A DNA stretch of 63,636 nucleotides, counting the filler, from Cercozoa sp. M6MM (lineage: Eukaryota; Protista; Endomyxa: Ascetosporea): assembly GCA_040357565.1 (NCBI GenBank). It is 11 parts of 11 records of this genome, joined end to end, with 100 filler letters (N's around TTAATTAATTAA, not from the genome) between each part and the next. Parts side by side here need not be neighbours in the genome. Positions count along the whole stretch, not along the records: positions 54,124 to 62,436 come from JBDODJ010000547.1; positions 62,537 to 63,636 come from JBDODJ010002178.1; 9 more parts are not named here. One strand, given 5' to 3'. This document shows, in pieces, positions 56,168 through 63,636 of this stretch. The first letter of the stretch is position 1, and each line of letters starts with the position of its first letter. Position numbers and translations under genes: made by a program. Below the pieces are notes generated by a model, which was not told the origin of the DNA, made no database searches, and saw only the letters and a program-made list of their open reading frames with translations.

Positions 56168-57534
56168 TTAGAGAGCAGCAAAACGCGGCACCTGTCGTGA
56201 TAGGGAGGCCATGGCAGCCGTGCCGAGATCCTCGGACTGCAGCATCGACATGTTCCAAGCCTGCGGATACAAACATGTTAGTCCCAAAAGTCAACGAGTA
56301 TAGATGCACAGAATGAGAGTAGACCGACCTGTGTGTAGAGCAGTCCCTCCTGGGTAGTACGGGAGCGCGAGTAATTCAGCAGATGCTTGGTGCCAGCAAC
56401 AGCGATGGGCGACTTCTTGGCGATCGTCGAGGCCAGTTCCAAGGCTGCTGCGACAGCTGCTTTCTTGTCCTCGCAGACTCGTGATACCTGTATACAAGGT
56501 GTGTAAGACAAAGGGCCTAAAGCGAGCAACATACCAGACCCTGCTGCAAGGCCTCTTGCGCGTCGAAGCGACGACCGGTGAGACACACGTCTCGCACCCA
56601 CGAGTCCGACCGAACCACTTTCGGCAGACGCTGAAGCGTGCCCACGTCGGCCGCCATGCCTTCGAGAGTGTAGAGATGAAGCGAGCTCACAGGTTGGTTT
56701 AAAAAAGAACTAAAGTACCAATATCGACCTCTTTGACGGAGAAGAAGGCATCAGACGACGCGATTCGACTGTGTCAAAAGTGAGACCAGATACTGTCAGC
56801 ACACACAAGCACAGACAACGCAATGTTCCAGAGACTGTTCGTACATGTCGCACGCTGTGATCAAGTCAATGGCGCCGCCAATCACACCTGCAGCACCAAA
56901 GGTATAGTGTAGAGTATCGGGAATAACCATGGGGATGAGGGTACCTCCATGCACACACGCAATCACCGGCACGCGGCAGTTTTCGGCAGCCGTGATGTTT
57001 TGCTGCATCTGCGATATCCGCTGGCGCAGGGCTAGACACAGAAATCGAGTAACAAAGGAATGAGAAAACAGGTCAGGTGTACCAACTGCCTTGCGTCCAG
57101 CGTCCTGCGACTGGTCTGAGTTTACACACTGGTGTCTGTCAGCTACTCCAAGTTACAGTGTGTCTCATACCTCCCGCAAACACTTCCATAAAATCGCGCA
57201 AGTCTAGGCCTGCCGAGAAATGACGACTTTCGCCGCCGAGACTGCTCGGTTTCCGCGCGGATGGTGAGAGATCAGACACCACTTTACGACCGAGAGCAGG
57301 CAGTACAGCACAATGGCGCGCACTGTCGACTCCAGCGATAAGGCATCGAAAGCAGCACCTAGCTCGACCCACATACGCTGATCCATCGCATTGAGCGCCT
57401 TGGGACGGTTCAAAGTGACGATCGCGACACCGTCTTGGTGCTGAACAACCAACTGCAACACAAATGACTGTTCGAGCACAATTGTAAAATGTACACGACA
57501 TCCACTGTGGACCTACTGTTTCGTACTCTGACAT
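56168..57534 (-). CDS. ECH1: Delta(3,5)-Delta(2,4)-dienoyl-CoA isomerase
   Basis: VTLNRPKALNAM, HFSAGLDL, PVIACVHGGVIGGAIDLITACDIR, FSVKEVDIGMAADVGTLQRLPK, KSPIAVAGTK, AWNMSMLQSED; ends ...FAAL*. Confidence 0.92.
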
Positions 57535-57880
57535 TAAAATGTCTTTCGATTACACCAGTACTGAGGGTATCATGCAACAGTTCTTAAATAGAGTGGCCCA
57601 ACCTAGTCCATTTGTACAGTTTTTGATCGCGCAGTCGGCCAACTGGACCCAGTCGGAGACTTTTCGGTTGAGGCTTCCCATCGTTTCTCCTTGTGACTCA
57701 CACTCAAACACTTTACGCTTTTTGCACTTTACTGCACATTTTGCAGAGTACTGGCAAATCTTAGGGTAACTGCACCTAGTCACTGCGTCCTGCACTGGCT
57801 CCTTTGTGTTTTGTTCCGCAAAACGGAAAATTGATTTTTTCGTGCTTGGTGACAGACAAGACAAGACAAGACAAGACAAG

Positions 57881-58736
57881 ATGCAGCAGATCGACGAGCG
57901 CGCCCTGTTTGAGGACCTGGAGACTCGCTTCAAGTACCTGTGTGACTTTGTCGGTTTCGGCGAGGCCGATGTTGAGGTGATCCACGCGTGCGCTGGCTAC
58001 CTGGCGCCGCTTGTGCCCACCGTGGTGGACGCCGTGTACGACAAGCTGTTCTCGTTCTCGGTGACCAAGAACGTGTTCGCCAAGCGTGGCGCCGGCTTCG
58101 ACGGCAAGGTCGACGACGAGGAGGCCCTGTCGCTCAAGTCGGACCAGATCAAGTTCCGCAAGGGCATGCTGTCCAAGTACCTGGTGAAACTCGTGAGTGA
58201 CCCGTACGATGGCCGCATGGTGAGCTCTCGTCTTTGTGCTTTGTCTCCTTTGTCTAACCTTGGTTTGATTTTGACTGGGGTCTTCTCAGGTCAAGTACCT
58301 CGACTGGGTGGCCAAGATCCACACGCCCAAGGCCGGCGCGCAGAGCATCAACGTACTTCTTGCTCTTCTGTCTGTGTTGTGCTGACTTCTTACTCCCTGA
58401 CCCATCTTACCCCCCCCCCCCCCCCCCCTGCAGGTCGACATGATCCACTGCAACGCTCTCATGGGCTACGTCGAGCAGATCATCCTGGGAGCCGTGTTCG
58501 CCGCCGAGGAGTTCCCGCTCGAGACGCGTCACAAGGCCGCCGCTGCCTTTGCCAAGCTGCTGTGGATCCAGAACGACCTCTTCCTGCGTCACTACATTGA
58601 CGAGGGCCCGGCTGCTCGCGAGCGCGCCCAGAAGCGCCGCCTCACGCAGGCTCTCGTCACGGTCGGCGCTGCTGTCGCCGGCGGCGTCGCTGCTGTCGCC
58701 GGCCTGCGCTTCTTCTGCTGCAAGAAGACGCAGTAG
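57881..58736 (+). CDS. Protoglobin / globin-sensor-type single-domain globin with C-terminal hydrophobic anchor, 3 exons
   Basis: RFKYLCDFVGF..D...I...LAPLVP.VVDAVYDKL, QIKFRKGML.KYL.KL, YLDWVAKIHT (proximal His), IHCNALMGY, AFAKLLWIQNDLF..HY. Confidence 0.85.
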
Positions 58737-58946
58737 TCGGTTCCGTCCAATCTGATCGCACACGCTCGCAGTCACTGTCGCACTGTTGAGACCGTTAGCG
58801 GAAGTTAAAGCGTAGCATAGCCCAGCCGGTAGGGTTCGATTCTGATTCTTTGCGTAGGTTTATTTAGCTATTGATTATTCAATTCCGTCGATTAAACACT
58901 AGTCAGTACGCTCCGGTAAAATGCGGCGACCTGAGTAAAAGATGCA

Positions 58947-60585
58947 TCACTGCGACCCAGGCTGCTGTTGCTGCTGAAAAAAACTTGAATAAATTTAGGT
59001 TGCCGAGTGACAAACAAAGGAAATGGGAGTCCTACCTGCTGCACCAAGCGTTGCTGCTGCTGCTGCTGCGCTCGCAACAGTTGCTGCAAGTGCTGCTGTC
59101 GTTGCTGCATCTGCAAAACAGAGGAAACGATATCCGCGCGGAGGGTAGAGAAACCAAAAAGAGAGGAACCGAGTTGGAGGAAGGCAGTGGAATCGGATGC
59201 AAGCCGGCGTGCATTGACTGCAGTAACCCGTGCTGTTGCTGTTGCTGTTGCTGTTGCTGAGGTTGAGTTTGCTGCGGCTGCGACTGTGATGAAATTGACT
59301 GGAGCGAAGTTTGCTGACTTGACTGAAGTTGCTGTTGCTGCTGTTGTTGCTGTTGCTGTTGCTGCTGTTGTTGCTGTTGCAGTTGCTGCTGCTGTTGCTG
59401 TTGCTGCAAAACCTGTGGAGCGAGCGAGAACTGCGGCTGCCTCAGGCGAGTGTCAACAGGCACGCCACTTGGCTGCACTGACTGCTCGCTCGTGGCCTGA
59501 CTCGGCACCTCTGGTTTCTGGAAAAGGCAACGATCGAAAGACGAAACACACAGCAGCAGCAGAAACCTGTGGTACCACATCGCTCGCGTCGTGTGCCGCA
59601 GGAAGTCTCGCCTCCTGCAGATACTCGTGCATGTGTAACACAGCACAAAGCATCAAAACGAACCATCAAACGTCGTCGTTTCGCCTCGCGTTTCTTGTGC
59701 ACGTCCGCGCGGAAGAGACGGCGGCGTTTCTCGTCAAACCTGACCGGGTCTCTGGCCACCGGGATCGGCGGCGCCTGCAACTGTCGCATGCCGCGCAGTG
59801 CCGTCTGCAGCGAGTGCACGCGCGCCTCGCACTGTCGCATCGCACTGCCGAAAAAGAGGGGGTACAGGTGTAGCATAGGGGGTGAGGGGAGGAGGCACAA
59901 AGGCACATGTGCGTCTCGGGTGCCTGTGCAGACATGCGACGTCGAGACAGCAAGGTACGCAGGTGCGGCAGTCGTACCGACACCCTAGAAAAAGAAAGTA
60001 CACGTTGCGCACACACACACACATGCACGCATGCACATGCACATGGGTGTGGACACTGGGGAAGACTACGTGTCTCGACAGAGTTGTTCGGCACTGTTTT
60101 TATCCTCGCGATCAGTGTCACTGTGGTCACCGACATCAGCGGCACCGTCAGCGGCACCGTCACTGTCGCCGCCGTCGCTCGGACCTTCCTCTTCCTCCTC
60201 CAGCGGACTCGCGCGCGCCAGGTCGTACAGCGACACTCCCAGCGTTGACAACTGCCAGTCAGAGGGGTAGGGGTAAAGTAGAGGGGTAAAGCAGAGAGGT
60301 AGAGGGGAGGAGTAAAGGGGAGGAGTAAAGTGGAGGAGTAAAGGGAGGGGTAAGGGGTAAAACTACGAAATTGCACGCAAAGTCGCTTAGAACAGACACC
60401 GCGAGCGATCGATCGTCGTTGCCGCGCACGAAGCGACACTGCATCGCGTCCTGTTTCCAACAGGGACAAGGGGTAAAGGGGTAAAGTGGGGGGGGGGGGG
60501 TAAATGAGGGATGCCATGATCTCGCTCACTTCATGTCGCAGAGTCAGCTCGACCTCTTTCTGTCAACACAGGTACCAGCTCGACC

Positions 60586-60639
<54 letters not shown>

Positions 60640-61216
60640 GGATACGTAAGGTTTCGGCATGGCAAGCTGTGTTTTCTGCAGCAGTCGGTGCACTCTGCAG
60701 ACACATGTGTCATAAGAATCGTCCGCCCTTTCGCACTCCAAAGACAGCCCCCCCCAGATACCGAGCGCCGGCGTAGTCGTCTTCATCGGCGTCGTCGTCG
60801 TATTCGTCCTTTTGACGCTGCAGGTCCCTCAGAAATACCGCTTGCAGATCCTCCTCGTCTGAGCACGCAGCTTTCACATGTCACTAAAGCACACATTTAC
60901 AGATTCGAGTCACAACGCGGTACCGTCAGAGACACGCGACTCGGTGCCGTAAGCGTCATGATCGCCGTGTTTCGCCGCAGCACCCTGAACGTACACACAG
61001 CGACTGTCAGACACACTGCCTGGTGAGGGCGAAAAATTCACCTGCTCCAATGCGTGAGTTTGCAAACGCGTGAAGAGCTCCTCGCGGTCACCCTCGGCGG
61101 ACAGGCCCTTCTCCGTGCACTGAGAGAAGAAACGACTAGTCACAAGCTGTCAAGATTCTCGGGCACGGACACACCAAACGGCGAAGTGTGGCTTCGTCCG
61201 CACTACTAATGTCCAT
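58947..61216 (-). CDS. SAP-domain protein with polyQ C-terminus
   Basis: N-terminal ...CTEKGLSAEGDREELFTRL fits the SAP helix-loop-helix pattern. Acidic linker and polyQ exons follow. Confidence 0.55.
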
Positions 61217-61423
61217 GAAACCGCACCCACTCTGCTTTATTCTGCCACCAAGCGATCTATCAACCTTTGGTTTCTTTATTTTGTGTTGGCGCTAAAAGAA
61301 GCCGCCCCAAGAGCTTTTGTTGGGACTGGCTGTGTGCACGCACTGTAAGTTATTTTGGAGAAGTGTCACAAGCGCCAAACAGTGCTCTAGGCAAAGTGGC
61401 AAAAAGTGAAAAATCAACAACGC

Positions 61424-62436
61424 ATGGTGGTGCCGCTTGAGGATTTCATCGTCGCCTGCAACGACAGCGACTTTGAGCGCCTCGCCGAGGCCCGCCGCAA
61501 GCATCAGGTTCGCTTCCTTTCTTGCAGATTTGGCGTTTCTCAGCGGTCGTCAGGTCAGTCAGTCTGTTAACCAATTAATTTGTTTGTTCCACAGGAACTG
61601 CAGCATGCAGCAGTGCAGCAGGCGTCAGCAGCATCGATTGTGGCTCCTGGTACCTTTAAGAACGCGTTAAGCAATTTATAGTTGTTGCTGTCGTTTATGG
61701 AGTGCTTTGAGTTTTTGGGGATGATTTTCTACCGTGTTTTTTCCAGTTTTTTTAAACTTTTTTGTTTTTAAATTGCCTTTCAATGTACACTTGAGTAAGT
61801 TTGGGATGATTTTGCAGAGCAACCTGTCCAGCAGCAGGCGCAACAGCCGCTGGCACAAACACAACAGTCAACTGTAGCAGCTCAGGTACATTAAGGAACA
61901 GGCCGCTGTCATTTCGGTGCAGAGAGTGTCGAAATTCGCAGCACCAACTCGGCCCGAATGACGTTCTGATGCACACGGGTGTGTTCCTTTTCTTTGCCGT
62001 ATGTGTGTCAACTTTAACTGAGGCGTATACAGGCGCCGACGGGCAGCAGGCGAGCGTGCAGCACGGCCAGGACGCCGCCGCAGCCGTGGCTGGCGTGACT
62101 CATGTGCTCGAGCAGTCACAGCAGACTGTGAGTACACTTTAAACGCCACGTGTTGCCCCTTGGGGTACTTTGGGTGTAAGCTATCTGACGTGCACAGGGC
62201 ACGTCGGTGGCGACTGCTCTGGCTGCCGCAGGCTTGGTGCCGACGTCGCAGCAGGTTCTTTCTTTGTGTGGTGATTGGGGTGAATGGGACCAAGTGAGTG
62301 CTGTGACTTAGGACTCTCTGGAGTGGGAGCCGCCGCGACTCGATCCGATGACGTGCGTTCTCTTGCTTGCCTTTCTTCAAAGCACTGTAGTTTGTGTGTC
62401 CGTCCGAATGTGCAGATTGAAGCTGCTCGGGGTGTC
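61424..62436 (+). CDS. Hypothetical protein, 5' part
   Basis: MVVPLEDFIVACNDSDFERLAEARRKHQ followed by GT-AG-bounded exons. Confidence 0.45.
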
Positions 62437-62536
62437 NNNNNNNNNNNNNNNNNNNNNNNNNNNNNNNNNNNNNNNNNNNNTTAATTAATTAANNNNNNNN
62501 NNNNNNNNNNNNNNNNNNNNNNNNNNNNNNNNNNNN

Positions 62537-62586
<50 letters not shown>

Positions 62587-62599
62587 TAATTCCCCACAG

Positions 62600-63580
62600 A
62601 ACACTGGCGAAACTCACGGTTTCGGTGCGTTTGTACTCCTCACCTTCGAACTACACAGGCACATGTCTCATAGTGCAAGAGGCGGAGGTAAGGGATAAGA
62701 GGGTAACGGAATTATCAGGGTAGGGGGGTAAGGTAAGGGAGAAGAGGGTAAGGGGCAAGGAAGGGGTAAGGATAAGAGGGTAAAGGGGTAAGGGACACCT
62801 GTCGGACCGATGCAGGCTCGGCATGCAGCAGCACCGCCGACGACAGGTCCTGTGGAAGACATATGGCATACACAGACACGTAGACGTATAGACAGACAGA
62901 CAAATAGACAGACAGACAAAATGACACCTGTTGTCCCTCGCGCATTTTCTTCTCGTCCACATCGACGGCACTGTGACACACACACATACACACACACACA
63001 CACACATGCACAGACACACGCAGACAGACAACAGAGGAGATAGAGAACCTCTGCTGCAGCATCTGATCCAGTTCGGCGTCGGTTAAGGTCGCGCTGCCAG
63101 TGGCTACCAAGGACGTACACATGGACGTACACACGGACGTACACATGGACAGAACTGGGGACAAGTGGTACCAACGTCGTCGCTCGCATCCTCTCGGTAG
63201 ACCTGTAGTCGGCACATGGACACACACACATACACACACATACACACACATACACACACGTCCATATACGCAGACAGAGACAGAGATAGATAAAGGGCAG
63301 CACGTTTTCGGCGCCAAAAGTGACAAAGTTCAGCAGTGTCGCCGCGTTGAGCTGCTCTTCGTCGCCTGCTTTCACCCACACATATCGTACTCACATCCAG
63401 CATACACACCACACACACACACACAGGTGACAGAGCACCAGAGGAGGTCGTGACAGGGGTCGAGGTGCCACTGCTGCTATGACATACATGTATGTGCATC
63501 ACATGTCTACACAGATACAAACAGGTACGATGCGTTGGTGGCAGTGCCCGTTACAACTGTTGCAAACATGTCCATGCGTA
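62600..63580 (-). CDS. Probable SNF2-family remodeller C-terminal region followed by a zinc finger, fragment
   Basis: LLNFVTFGAENVL...TLTDAELDQML resembles the post-helicase FGA...TD.DID.IL segment of ISWI/CHD/ALC1 proteins. CRRC and CRAC follow. Confidence 0.45.
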
Positions 63581-63588
63581 TCCATGCA

Positions 63589-63636
<48 letters not shown>

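Noticed and set aside
58810-58842. tRNA-like A-box (tagcccagccggta) fused to ggttcgattc
   Set aside because: No anticodon arm or acceptor stem, so it cannot form a cloverleaf.

Overview
Eukaryotic (protist-like) nuclear DNA, not one locus. It is 11 short contigs joined by an artificial N-TTAATTAATTAA-N spacer, and most contigs end at (CA)n or poly-G/C runs. It is gene-dense, with many short GT-AG introns (mostly ~45-100 nt), so the supplied ORF track shows only fragments. Recognisable genes: soluble adenylyl cyclase-like STAND protein, CHD-type SNF2 remodeller, AUH-like hydratase, nicastrin, CFAP52, a sushi-like Cys-rich membrane protein, steroid 5-alpha reductase, an extended SDR, SART1, AHCY, a P4-ATPase, a G-alpha, a TAF6-like histone fold, a TUTase/ncPAP, ECH1, a tail-anchored protoglobin-like globin and a SAP/polyQ protein. 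The most striking unexplained signal is the palindrome TCCGCGCGGA: 12 exact copies counted by eye across unlinked contigs, in introns and in exons, where it always reads [ILVF]-R-A-[DE]. It resembles cyanobacterial HIP1. A second palindrome, (G)TAAATTTA(C), is also over-represented. Other notable items: a ~150-nt fold-back in AHCY intron 1, a run of frame-preserving micro-exons, a dispersed hairpin-containing repeat, and intron-specific minisatellites with C-rich sense-strand bias. Gene boundaries were assembled by hand and are approximate.
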